DNA of 32,070 nt from a virus (IMGVR_UViG_3300034045_000104), one strand, 5' to 3'. Positions 1 through 8,715 are shown, counted from the stretch's first letter. Notes: a model not told the origin generated them from the letters alone. Program-made: numbers and translations.

Positions 1-413
1 TCAACAAAAGCCCATCTTTGGCGACAAGGTAAAGTCTTGACCTTTCTGTATTTCCCCTTAGTCTCAAACACAACACCAGTTGAAGTCAAAATAGAGAAAT
101 CAAATTCAGAAATATAACTTAAATCTGACACAACTCTGTCACAAGCATCAACACTAATATGTAGGCAAAAAGGTGATTGAGATTCATCTTCAAACATTAT
201 CTCATAAGCATCATTTCCATTTAGCAGGCCATGGGAGATCACTACATATTTACAATCTTTCATGTCCTCAAGATAATTGATTAAAGCATCTGGAATAAGC
301 AAACGTGCAGCCCCTGCATTCCATGATAAAAACGCTAAACCTTGTTGGGTCCATTCTGACTCAAAATAAGAAGTATTTATGAGTTTAGGACCATCACTTT
401 GAAACATTAACAT
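1..413 (-). CDS. Hypothetical protein, runs off the left edge (partial)
   Basis: Manual translation: ATG at 413, open to window edge (MLMFQSDGPKLINTSYFESEWTQQGLAFLSWNAGAARLLIPDAL...TLPCRQRWAFV). I recall the SWNAGAARLL motif from plasmid hypotheticals; not verified. Absent from the ORF track. Confidence 0.75.
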   Translation of the reverse strand, partial: MLMFQSDGPKLINTSYFESEWTQQGLAFLSWNAGAARLLIPDALINYLEDMKDCKYVVISHGLLNGNDAYEIMFEDESQSPFCLHISVDACDRVVSDLSYISEFDFSILTSTGVVFETKGKYRKVKTLPCRQRWAFV

Positions 414-554
414 AGCTCACCTATAATTAGTAATTATATAACATTGTAGTTATGCTCAACAATCAACCAAAAAGGCACAGCAACAGACACCCCATCAAAT
501 AAGAGATTAGAAAATAAAGAAATAAGTAAATACAAGAAAGGATATACAGGTCAT

Positions 555-577
555 ATAGCCACAAATACAGTGGCTAT
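555..577. terminator. 8-bp perfect hairpin closing the distal crRNA cassette
   Basis: ATAGCCAC-aaataca-GTGGCTAT, about 22 nt downstream (minus strand) of the last handle; no immediate U-tract. Confidence 0.4.
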
Positions 578-599
578 CAATACATGAACGAATACAACG

Positions 600-774
600 A
601 CCTACAGCAAGTAGGAATTATAGAAACATTAATCAGCATCTGCAAAAACCCTTTTATCCACTCATAGTAGAAATTAAAGAACATTCTGCGTGATATGATT
701 TGAAAACAATCTCGTTTTAACAGCAGCCAACCAATATCGGCAACTAAATAATAGATCCACTTTTAGTAGAAATT
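600..774 (-). CRISPR. Orphan Cas12a-type mini-array / crRNA-like cassette (3 handles)
   Basis: Minus-strand handles AATTTCTAC-TAAAA-GTGGAT (774-755), AATTTCTAC-TATGA-GTGGAT (675-656), AATTCCTAC-TTGCT-GTAGGT (619-600). All fit the Cas12a AAUU-UCUAC-loop-GUAGA-U handle with wobble or compensatory pairs. Spacing is irregular. Confidence 0.75.
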
Positions 775-830
775 AATATGTTAATTCAAGTTTAATAAAA
801 AGGTGCAAAATATTACCACCTAAGAAACCC

Positions 831-859
831 ATTTTAACTACAAAACACATTGTTTACAA
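831..859 (-). promoter_or_regulatory. Putative sigma70 promoter for the distal crRNA cassette
   Basis: TTGTAA-17 nt-TAAAAT on minus strand immediately after the MTase stop, pointing into the handles. Confidence 0.5.
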
Positions 860-860
860 C

Positions 861-2069
861 TTAAAGCCCGAATCTAAACTTTGCGCCTTCAAGATATTGA
901 CGAAACACCTCGCAACCTCCCCAAAAACGATTACAGTTTTCAGCAGCTAGCCCAACTGTTGCGCTACCCAAAAATGGATCAAACACAAAATCCCCTTCAT
1001 CGGTTAAAAATTTAATAAAGAACCCCGGTAAATCTGATGAAAACATTGCTGGGTGCCTGGGAAGGCCTGATTTTTTGCAATGTCGAGAATATGCCGAATT
1101 AGAACCTTCTGGTGAAGAAATTAAGATGTTATGGGGGATGGCTCCTCCATTATCGGCATAAAAACTAGCATCATCAACTCGATTACCCGAAGGCCTCCAA
1201 GATACAGCACCTTTGCGAGACATTTGGTTTTCAATCATTTTCTTCTGTTTATCTGAATACTCAACCTTAACCATTTGATTGTCAGACTTAACAATTTTAG
1301 GATTTGGTGACAACCACAAGAAATCCTCCATCGCATTAACGCAATGTTTTTTGGTTTTTGTTACATGATGACCTGTTGGCATTTTATTTGGAGACCACCA
1401 GGCAAACTTTTGAACCAAGTGCAAACCCAGCTGATCTTCTAAAGCAATTAATAATCGTTCAACATGCAAGCTTTGGTGTCCACAGCCTTTTTTATATGAA
1501 GGACCAATATTCAAAACAATAGACCCATCAGGTGTGAGCATGTCAATCCACGATGCTGCCAACTCTAGTAGATTAGCAACATAATCAACTTGTGTCGTTC
1601 CAATATTACCATATTGCCTATCTTTGGTTAGAAGATAAGGGGGAGACGTTATGATTAACGAAACTTCATTCTTAAACAATTTTCCAACATCTTGAGCATA
1701 ACCCCATATTGCAATCCCTTGCTTAGTAACAAAATAAACCCTGGCAGAACCTCGAACAATCTTAGTTAAATGAGACTTTCCTTTGATTGTTACATACCAT
1801 TGCCCTAGCTCATCACCTCTGGAAATCAAACCCTTTAATTTCAATGATTGTTGAATGAAACGAATTTTTCTTTTCCACTTACTAATGTATCCGCCTTTTC
1901 CAGCAAAGGTCAGCTCATCAAGCTGCTGTGCTGTTAGGCCAATTTCATCTGCAAAATAATCATAGGTGCCAGATGTCTGGCCACACTTATCTGTGGCCTT
2001 CAATACTACATCTTCAAACAATGTCATTTGTTCCATAGTATTACCATTCATGCACGGGCAAAGCTTCAA
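861..2069 (-). CDS. Site-specific DNA methyltransferase (N4-C/N6-A, beta-type motif order) with N-terminal winged-helix/Mrr_N-like region
   Basis: TSPPY catalytic motif precedes the FDPFLGS SAM-binding motif; RHPAMF motif. Probable start MEQMTLF at 2036. Confidence 0.9.
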   Translation of the reverse strand: MKLCPCMNGNTMEQMTLFEDVVLKATDKCGQTSGTYDYFADEIGLTAQQLDELTFAGKGGYISKWKRKIRFIQQSLKLKGLISRGDELGQWYVTIKGKSHLTKIVRGSARVYFVTKQGIAIWGYAQDVGKLFKNEVSLIITSPPYLLTKDRQYGNIGTTQVDYVANLLELAASWIDMLTPDGSIVLNIGPSYKKGCGHQSLHVERLLIALEDQLGLHLVQKFAWWSPNKMPTGHHVTKTKKHCVNAMEDFLWLSPNPKIVKSDNQMVKVEYSDKQKKMIENQMSRKGAVSWRPSGNRVDDASFYADNGGAIPHNILISSPEGSNSAYSRHCKKSGLPRHPAMFSSDLPGFFIKFLTDEGDFVFDPFLGSATVGLAAENCNRFWGGCEVFRQYLEGAKFRFGL

Positions 2070-2358
2070 TTATAGGCCCATCACTATCCAACAATAACCA
2101 CTTGCATCCGTTAAGCAATGCAATACCAACTAAAAAACAAACAAAAGGACTCAGGCCCTCAAAATCTAAACCATTATCAATTGTAGATTTAGAAACAAGC
2201 AATCTATAGCCATATTCATGACTATCAATACAATTATCATCACGCTTGGATAACCCGTCTAACAATAAATCATCTGCCCTGGTTATATGACATGTTGAAA
2301 AAACAATTTCTTTGTTAATTTCCAAATTTCCATTACTTAAATTCGCACTTTTTCCCAT
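2041..2358 (-). CDS. Hypothetical protein, DUF5983-like
   Basis: STCHIT...GY...GCKWLLLDSDGPIIEALPVHEW pattern recalled for this MGE family. Confidence 0.6.
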   Translation of the reverse strand: MGKSANLSNGNLEINKEIVFSTCHITRADDLLLDGLSKRDDNCIDSHEYGYRLLVSKSTIDNGLDFEGLSPFVCFLVGIALLNGCKWLLLDSDGPIIEALPVHEW

Positions 2359-2421
2359 AACAATCTCACTAAAATTAATTAAACATTACAATTTAAGCCC
2401 AATGATAAACACGCTATAAAA

Positions 2422-2925
2422 TCAGGCTCCATCCATACAATCAAATGCACGTATGCGATATTTAATGAAATCAGACATCTCACAACAGTTATAGGAGCCA
2501 GATACCTCATCAAGTGGTATGTTCTTTAATACATTTCTAACCTTTTTTACCAAATCAATCTTTAGCTTGTACCTTGATTCAATTAACGAAGCCTTTAACT
2601 TAAATTCCTTTGTTTCATAACCCTTCACATCCACAACAGACAGTGAATTATCATTATGAATTACCATAAAATCGCATTTATAGACCTTTTTTGTATCCTC
2701 ACTCAGATCAAAAGGCACTTGACGAAGAAACATGCGAATTGAGCCATTAAGCTTCTCCCCCAGCAAATACACATAATAATTGGCCTCGCTACGACTATCA
2801 AAAGATTTATTATTCACCATCACCCGTGAGTTGCGATACTTTGAATTACTCGTATCTTTAACCTCACTTGTTCGCATCTTTTTATATTCGGCAATAGAAA
2901 TACTACTTGTCACATTCACCTCCAC
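2422..2925 (-). CDS. DUF1064-like PD-(D/E)XK nuclease-fold protein
   Basis: SKYRN..FDSRSEA..Y, YKCDF, VDVKG..T..FKLK motifs typical of phage DUF1064. Confidence 0.75.
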   Translation of the reverse strand: MEVNVTSSISIAEYKKMRTSEVKDTSNSKYRNSRVMVNNKSFDSRSEANYYVYLLGEKLNGSIRMFLRQVPFDLSEDTKKVYKCDFMVIHNDNSLSVVDVKGYETKEFKLKASLIESRYKLKIDLVKKVRNVLKNIPLDEVSGSYNCCEMSDFIKYRIRAFDCMDGA

Positions 2926-3160
2926 GCAATATTTGGGCTATACTTATATCCTGCCATCCTTTGATGGCACCAACCAACATGGCCTCGATGATAAGTGGCG
3001 TTATGTTATATTCATCATTAAATGATTTAATATAATCATCTTTCATATCAAGCACTGGCACAAATCCTGCCACATTCTTTGTAATTAAAACAAAACTATC
3101 AATGCCCTTAAAATAAGCTATACACTTATTGGGCAATCTATTCAAATATGATTTAGTCAA
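2903..3160 (-). CDS. Hypothetical protein (85 aa)
   Basis: ORF co-oriented and closely packed with neighbours. Confidence 0.6.
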   Translation of the reverse strand: MTKSYLNRLPNKCIAYFKGIDSFVLITKNVAGFVPVLDMKDDYIKSFNDEYNITPLIIEAMLVGAIKGWQDISIAQILRGGECDK

Positions 3161-3224
3161 AATATCTCCAAATTATTATTATTATAAGAACCACATTCTC
3201 AAAATGGGAGAAAACACAAAACTG

Positions 3225-3533
3225 TTATTTAATTTTACGTGCAAAACCATCCAAGCGATTTCTGATTACCAATACATGCCTTTTAATAGTCTTATGAACA
3301 TCATGTAAATATTTAGCACTCTCTGGCTCATCTCCACATATAGCGTCACAACAATAGGCAACACCTGTTTTGATAAAGATCGGATTATCCAATGTACATT
3401 CATCCACTGGCCACAATTTCATCTCATCAGTCAAAACATATAACTTGTCACACCTCATGCCTTCAACCATGGTGCGTTCACCTTTGCGAGTTAAAGCATA
3501 TAATTTATTCATCATGTTCTCCAAAACAACCAA
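3225..3533 (-). CDS. Hypothetical protein (102 aa)
   Basis: Co-oriented ORF in the minus-strand block. Confidence 0.6.
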   Translation of the reverse strand: MVVLENMMNKLYALTRKGERTMVEGMRCDKLYVLTDEMKLWPVDECTLDNPIFIKTGVAYCCDAICGDEPESAKYLHDVHKTIKRHVLVIRNRLDGFARKIK

Positions 3534-3598
3534 ATATTAAAATACCAATTTAAACCAATATAACAAAGCGATAAATCACAAGCTTCAGCAATCCATTA

Positions 3599-4318
3599 TT
3601 ATACAAATGCTTCACAAGATTCACTGCAACCATTTATAGCATCCATGTCATATCCAAGTAGGTCATATTGCAATTCTGGCATATGATCCTTAAACTCTGT
3701 AAACTCACATTTAGACATTTCAATCAACTTATCAACTGTTAAATATTCTCTGAACCAATATCTTCTTTGCCCATCCTTTACACCAACCAGACTGTATTGC
3801 TCCTTGAACCAATAACGAATTTCGGCCTTAGTAGTTGGAACCATTGAGATAAGCGGGTATATTAACTTTTCCTTTTTTGAGTTTGGATTGATTCTATCAA
3901 TTTCGTCCACTCGAATTCCAACACAAGCCAATGCATCTGGGTCAATCGAACGTCTATATTTGTTCAAGGGAATGGATTTTAAACGCCCTGAACATCTTGG
4001 AATACCTGGTCCTGACAATCCTTCCTTTTTAATATGTTGCTCAAAAGGCTCCCCATCTCTAGAAGCACTTGCATAGTTTACAATTTTATAAGTTTGACCT
4101 ATACCCTTTTGCTGATGCGTAACAGACTCAATCCAAACAAGATTTAAACCCCAATGCTTGTCACACTTATTCACAAATTCAAGCGTTTTCTCATGCTCTA
4201 AACCGGTGTTAGCAAATACAAAATACAAATCATATTAGCCGCTTTTATTATCCAGCAACCATTTACACATAAATGCACTGGTCCTACCTCCTGAAAATGA
4301 CACTACGAGCTTTTGCAT
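3599..4318 (-). pseudogene. PAPS-reductase-like (PP-loop) protein with premature stop
   Basis: ATG at 4318 gives MQKLVVSFSGGRTSAFMCKWLLDNKSG*YDLYFVFANTG. In-frame TAA at 4235-4237 separates the SFSGG PP-loop from the rest (GIRVDE motif). Confidence 0.8.
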
Positions 4319-4325
4319 AAAACAC

Positions 4326-4664
4326 CTATTCAACAATCACTAAATTAAGTTCATCGATACCAATAATATGTTTTATTTCCGCTGTAGGGAAAAGGCACTT
4401 AGCCCTATCCAGAGAAGAAAATACACTACCTACCTGCATATGTGCATCACGCCATTGATTATCAGACAACATTGGTTGAAAATAGATCTGTCTATCCTCT
4501 ATACCCAACCCAGCTTCATCACAACTATTGCAATACTCCAAACCAGCGTTACAATCTCCTTCATCATTAAGCACCCAACGCTGGGTTTCAACATACCAAG
4601 ATACAGGACTCATATCGGTAACATCACTTGAGCCGCACTTTTTACAAACTTTCACTATTGCCAT
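4326..4664 (-). CDS. Hypothetical protein with zinc-ribbon (CKKC...CNSC)
   Basis: Two CxxC pairs; GAGG Shine-Dalgarno upstream. Confidence 0.65.
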   Translation of the reverse strand: MAIVKVCKKCGSSDVTDMSPVSWYVETQRWVLNDEGDCNAGLEYCNSCDEAGLGIEDRQIYFQPMLSDNQWRDAHMQVGSVFSSLDRAKCLFPTAEIKHIIGIDELNLVIVE

Positions 4665-4714
4665 TTATATAACCTCTAAGATAAGTTAATTTATGATATA
4701 TAATAAATAAACTA

Positions 4715-4743
4715 CAAAGCCAGCTGAATTCAACTGGCTTTTA
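4715..4743. terminator. Intrinsic terminator-like hairpin
   Basis: AAAGCCAG-ctgaattcaa-CTGGCTTTTT just downstream of parB. Confidence 0.55.
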
Positions 4744-4760
4744 TCTAACATAGATATAGA

Positions 4761-6455
4761 CTAACTTTTATTTATATCTAGCTTTACCTCGCCATACTGA
4801 CTAATCGGAAACTGGATATATGGGGGAATGAAATCAGCTTTTAAGTTACTGACAAGGATTTCCTTGCGCTTTGGAAGTGTAGCTTTGGCAAACCCACCCA
4901 TTTCATCATCTGTCAACAACTCTTGAGCTACTGCCCATGTTGCATCCTTTGATGATAGACCTTGAATCACTTCTTCATCAGCTTTCCAGTAATCAGCAGG
5001 ATTAATTCCCATATCAACGCCAAGTCGCTCAATTAAATCCGTATTCTTATGAAGCGTAGCTAACATAATTGTTGAACACATCTCGGTCAATTCATCCATC
5101 GTCTTATCTTTAAGCTCATCAAAAACCTTAACAAGAGAATTGCCAAACACGCGCCACGTACTACCAAGACCAAATCCCTCCTTAAAATCACCAATTCTTT
5201 TATATAAATCCATGGTAATATCGTGGTTGGCAAGCTGAGCGTTTCCCTCTTCATTGATATCACCAACCTCCATAAATGAAAACACAGACTTAGTAATTAA
5301 ATGAGCCACCATAACCCGCATAGACATGAGCTTATCACCTGATAATTTAGCTCTGACCATTTGATAATGCCAATCAGAATAATACACTTGAGAACCCGAT
5401 GACAATTCTTGTCTTTGCTTTGTAGCAGGCATTTCAACATCTTGCTCGCTACTGGCTGTCTCAACATCAGGCTTTTCAGAAGCATCTCGCATATCATAGC
5501 CTTCATTAATATCCACTTGACCATCAGCAGCAACTGTAATAACAACACTGCCGCCTTCGGCCTTATCTAATGAATCACAACTCCATTTGTTAAATGATAA
5601 AGTGCTGTCCTTGTCGATAACCACAACCTTCCACCCGTCTTTTTCAAAAGCTTTTTTCTTAGCCATTACAGCTTTCAATTGTAACTTCCAAAACAAATCA
5701 ACATCAGTAATATAGCCTTCATCGGTAAACAAATCCTTACTCATGAGCATTTTATGTTTCTTCACATCAAAAAGGGCATAACCAGGGTCAATTTCCACAT
5801 TACAAAAAAAGGTCTTTGCATACCATTCATGTTTTGATAAGCCATCGTTTAATGCCTGAACATAGGCATCTTGCTTGTCATGCTCATAACGAACCATTAA
5901 CTTTAGAATATCATCATCAGTAAACACATCATTACGATATGCCTCTTTTGCAAGTTCAGACAACCCACCTAAAGCGATATTTTCCTTAACCTGTTTAACA
6001 GTTAACCCAAAACGCTTGGCAATGCTCGTAAATGTAGCACCCTTTGCCTTAAGATGGGTAAATGCTGTACATCTATCCAAGGCATCCATCTGCTGAGTAT
6101 AAATGTTTTCAGATAAAGACTTTGCAACATCATCTTTAATATCGGACTGAAGAACCACGCAAGGAACTTCGGGGTAAATCCCATCTTGTTCTTGTAATAT
6201 CTCACAAGCCTTTAAACGTCTTTGGCCTGCTATAACATGATAATTGCCATCATCTGCAAGTCGCACACTTAAAGGATTAATTAAACCTACCTCGCCAATA
6301 TTAATAGCAAGCTCTTTAATGCCATCAAGACCATGCTTTCTAACATTGTCATCACTTACTGTTAACTTATCAATAGCTACCAACTGCGTAGCCAATACAT
6401 TTACTGATTCAGATTCATCAGTTAAAACACTTACTTTACCCATAAAACACTCCAA
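4761..6455 (-). CDS. parB: ParB/RepB/Spo0J-family protein (long MGE type)
   Basis: N-terminal ParB domain (GLINPLSV...IAGQRRLKAC, SENI) followed by HTH. Probable start MGKVS at 6443 with GGAG SD. Confidence 0.85.
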   Translation of the reverse strand: MECFMGKVSVLTDESESVNVLATQLVAIDKLTVSDDNVRKHGLDGIKELAINIGEVGLINPLSVRLADDGNYHVIAGQRRLKACEILQEQDGIYPEVPCVVLQSDIKDDVAKSLSENIYTQQMDALDRCTAFTHLKAKGATFTSIAKRFGLTVKQVKENIALGGLSELAKEAYRNDVFTDDDILKLMVRYEHDKQDAYVQALNDGLSKHEWYAKTFFCNVEIDPGYALFDVKKHKMLMSKDLFTDEGYITDVDLFWKLQLKAVMAKKKAFEKDGWKVVVIDKDSTLSFNKWSCDSLDKAEGGSVVITVAADGQVDINEGYDMRDASEKPDVETASSEQDVEMPATKQRQELSSGSQVYYSDWHYQMVRAKLSGDKLMSMRVMVAHLITKSVFSFMEVGDINEEGNAQLANHDITMDLYKRIGDFKEGFGLGSTWRVFGNSLVKVFDELKDKTMDELTEMCSTIMLATLHKNTDLIERLGVDMGINPADYWKADEEVIQGLSSKDATWAVAQELLTDDEMGGFAKATLPKRKEILVSNLKADFIPPYIQFPISQYGEVKLDINKS

Positions 6456-6498
6456 TAATTAAAATAAAAACAACAACACATCATAGAAACACTCAATA

Positions 6499-6674
6499 TT
6501 AAAACTATACCATCTTGCATCAGAGATTATGATACCCGCCGTGCTTTTTCAGTAGGCGAAGCCGAAAGAAAAAGCACGGCGAAAGAATCTCATTCCAACT
6601 GAGTTACTCATTAAGAGTGGGCGAAACGCCAACACCCAAAGCAACCCATAAGCCAAGAAGATATAAAGTTTTAA
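6499..6674 (-). ncRNA. Retron msr-msd-like ncRNA, copy 1 (downstream of RT)
   Basis: a1/a2 inverted repeats 6674-6654 / 6517-6499; candidate branching G at 6653; msr-like stem GGGUG..GGCG-UUU-CGCC.CACUC; msd-like hairpin GCCGTGCTTTTTC..GGC-GAA-GCC..GAAAAAGCACGGC (6538-6580). Confidence 0.7.
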
Positions 6675-6713
6675 ATCTAAGAATTAATAATAGAGCGACT
6701 AAAATATCTGCAA

Positions 6714-8021
6714 TTAAACATGGGCATATCTAACTTCAATATTTGTACCCTTACGCTTGCCTGTGCCACACTTAAGATTATCAAAATAGGGCTTATATCT
6801 TTTGACAACATTACCAACAACCCGTTGACCCGAATATTTTTGTTTAGCCTGTGCCACCGATATCACCCCATGCTTTTCTAACTCAGCTTTCAGGGCATCT
6901 GTATCATTTCCGTATAGTCGGTCATAGATGAGAACTCCATTTCGTAGTTCGTGAACTAACGCCCTGTTAATCATGGCTCTCCTAGTTACTTTTCCAAATG
7001 ATATTGTTGAATTTGACATTTGATAAGCACATCGAGTACCTGCCAAAGCAATCCAAAAGCCAACCCCTCGCTTATAAGAGCCAGTATTACTCATACAGCT
7101 AGTCCAGCCCGTTGTGAAAGTTGAAGCCCCCAGCATATCAATAGGGTCGCCAGATATAACACAATCATTACCTAGTACATCAGTTTGTTTTTTGGGAAAA
7201 TTGGCAATATCTTTCTGCCTTAAGCCCATTTTCCACAATGAGTTCAATGCATATAGATTATCTTCAACATTAATTCTTTGATTGTCCTTTCTAGGCTCCT
7301 TGCATTTTGACCATTCAGTTAGCCCTTGCAATGAATCTTTATTTCCTTGAAACTTAGCGGCTCGAATTTTACGCAAAGCTTTACGAGCAGGGTGAACGCC
7401 ATGTTCATCCACTCCAACACCTGTGATTAAAATCCTACCATTGCTTAATTTTTGTAATTTAGTCTTACTTTTATTAACTACAAAACCACCACGAGTTACC
7501 ACCTGATTTATTATTGCAATAATATCAGAGGTATAACTTTCATCATCAAAACTAATAGTTAAATCATCGGCATAGCGCGTATAGATACACTGCATTTTCT
7601 TTTTTTCAAAAGCTCTCAAAATTGCTAAATCACTTTTACGAAAAGCCAAATTAGAGATGGCTGGAGATGTAGGCAAACCTTGCCTTGCACTACCATCAAT
7701 AAAGCACAAATCAAGCTCTTGTTTGTTGAGATGACCCTTTACCGTCTTTGGGGTAATGCTATCAAAGAAGTCTTGTAAATCCATTGACAATGTGAATTGA
7801 TGCCCAACATGTTTTGTTGCATTGGTAACACAATTACGTGTTCGCATAAATGCATGACAAATCTCTGAATCTGCATCTAGTTTCATCATTTTACTAGCAA
7901 TATTAGCTACCGCATTTTTCAAAGCAACCTTATATTCACCACTAGCATCATATATTTTTCTAAACTTGCCATTGCCTTTCGCGAGCTGAAACACCCGATA
8001 TTGCTTTTCTACTACTGCCAT
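6714..8021 (-). CDS. Retron-type reverse transcriptase with about 190-aa unknown C-terminal extension
   Basis: RT motifs MDLQDFFDSI, QGLPTSP, YADD; retron region X NATKH and region Y ITG. Confidence 0.9.
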   Translation of the reverse strand: MAVVEKQYRVFQLAKGNGKFRKIYDASGEYKVALKNAVANIASKMMKLDADSEICHAFMRTRNCVTNATKHVGHQFTLSMDLQDFFDSITPKTVKGHLNKQELDLCFIDGSARQGLPTSPAISNLAFRKSDLAILRAFEKKKMQCIYTRYADDLTISFDDESYTSDIIAIINQVVTRGGFVVNKSKTKLQKLSNGRILITGVGVDEHGVHPARKALRKIRAAKFQGNKDSLQGLTEWSKCKEPRKDNQRINVEDNLYALNSLWKMGLRQKDIANFPKKQTDVLGNDCVISGDPIDMLGASTFTTGWTSCMSNTGSYKRGVGFWIALAGTRCAYQMSNSTISFGKVTRRAMINRALVHELRNGVLIYDRLYGNDTDALKAELEKHGVISVAQAKQKYSGQRVVGNVVKRYKPYFDNLKCGTGKRKGTNIEVRYAHV

Positions 8022-8072
8022 ATTAATTACCTATAAATATTTTAGTTAATACATAATACAATGGCTAAATAT

Positions 8073-8468
8073 TCACTCAGCAACACACATTAAATCAACA
8101 GCAAGTATTACATTAAATTTACATTCAAACCAGTGCCACACATCATACAGCTCACTACCTTTTGGAAAATGAAGAAAATCATCATCAATATATTCAGCAT
8201 CCACATCTACTGGAACATCACCCAAATCACTCCACAATTTAACTGCACGAATATAGCTTTCACAACGACTGATTAGACTTACATCAATAGCATCCTTCCC
8301 CATACCTTCAACATAAACAAACTTGAGCCAATTATTAACAATCCCGTCACCCAAAGGCCCCAACCCATTATTGCCTTCAACCCACACAACATGCTTAAGG
8401 TCATCGTTACTGTTTTTATTAGCATCCAACCAAGCTGCAACCACACTTAGAATATATGTTTTATCCAT
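8073..8468 (-). CDS. Hypothetical protein between retron ncRNA and RT (candidate accessory)
   Basis: ORF-track start 8519 overlaps the a2 repeat; MDKTYIL at 8468 has a GAGGT SD. C-terminal DDFLHFPKG..DVWHWFE motif. Confidence 0.7.
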   Translation of the reverse strand: MDKTYILSVVAAWLDANKNSNDDLKHVVWVEGNNGLGPLGDGIVNNWLKFVYVEGMGKDAIDVSLISRCESYIRAVKLWSDLGDVPVDVDAEYIDDDFLHFPKGSELYDVWHWFECKFNVILAVDLMCVAE

Positions 8469-8501
8469 CACAAATACCTCAAAATAGAATTTAAAATAAT
8501 A

Positions 8502-8672
8502 CAAAGCAACTCCTTGCAAGAAGAGACGAAGAGATCCTCAAGGTAAAAATTCGGAGGCGTAGCCGTAGAACCTTTTACCGTCTCGGATCTTGTCTCTGAC
8601 AATCTAGACTGTCAATAAAGAGTGGACGATACATCACACCCAAGCCAGCCTATAAGCCAAGAAGTTACTTTG
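8502..8672 (-). ncRNA. Retron msr-msd-like ncRNA, copy 2 (upstream of RT)
   Basis: 15-bp a1/a2 (CAAAGUAACUUCUUG / CAAGGAGUUGCUUUG, two G-U pairs); candidate branching G at 8657; long msd-like hairpin 8523-8596 tipped by GGC-GTA-GCC; shares AAGAGTGG..CACCCAA..ATAAGCCAAGAAG with copy 1. Confidence 0.78.
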
Positions 8673-8715
8673 ATTAAGAACAATTAATTATAAGAATGCT
8701 AAATTACGACAAGAG

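Noticed and set aside
6648-6660. Spacer 2 seed TTGGCT matches both retron msr starts next to CTTC
   Set aside because: Only 6 nt; many such hits are expected.
6714-8021. RT as group II intron, DGR or CRISPR-associated RT
   Set aside because: No maturase/intron ends, no TR/VR pair, no Cas1 fusion; NAxxH and (V/I)TG motifs plus msr-msd-like RNAs favour a retron.
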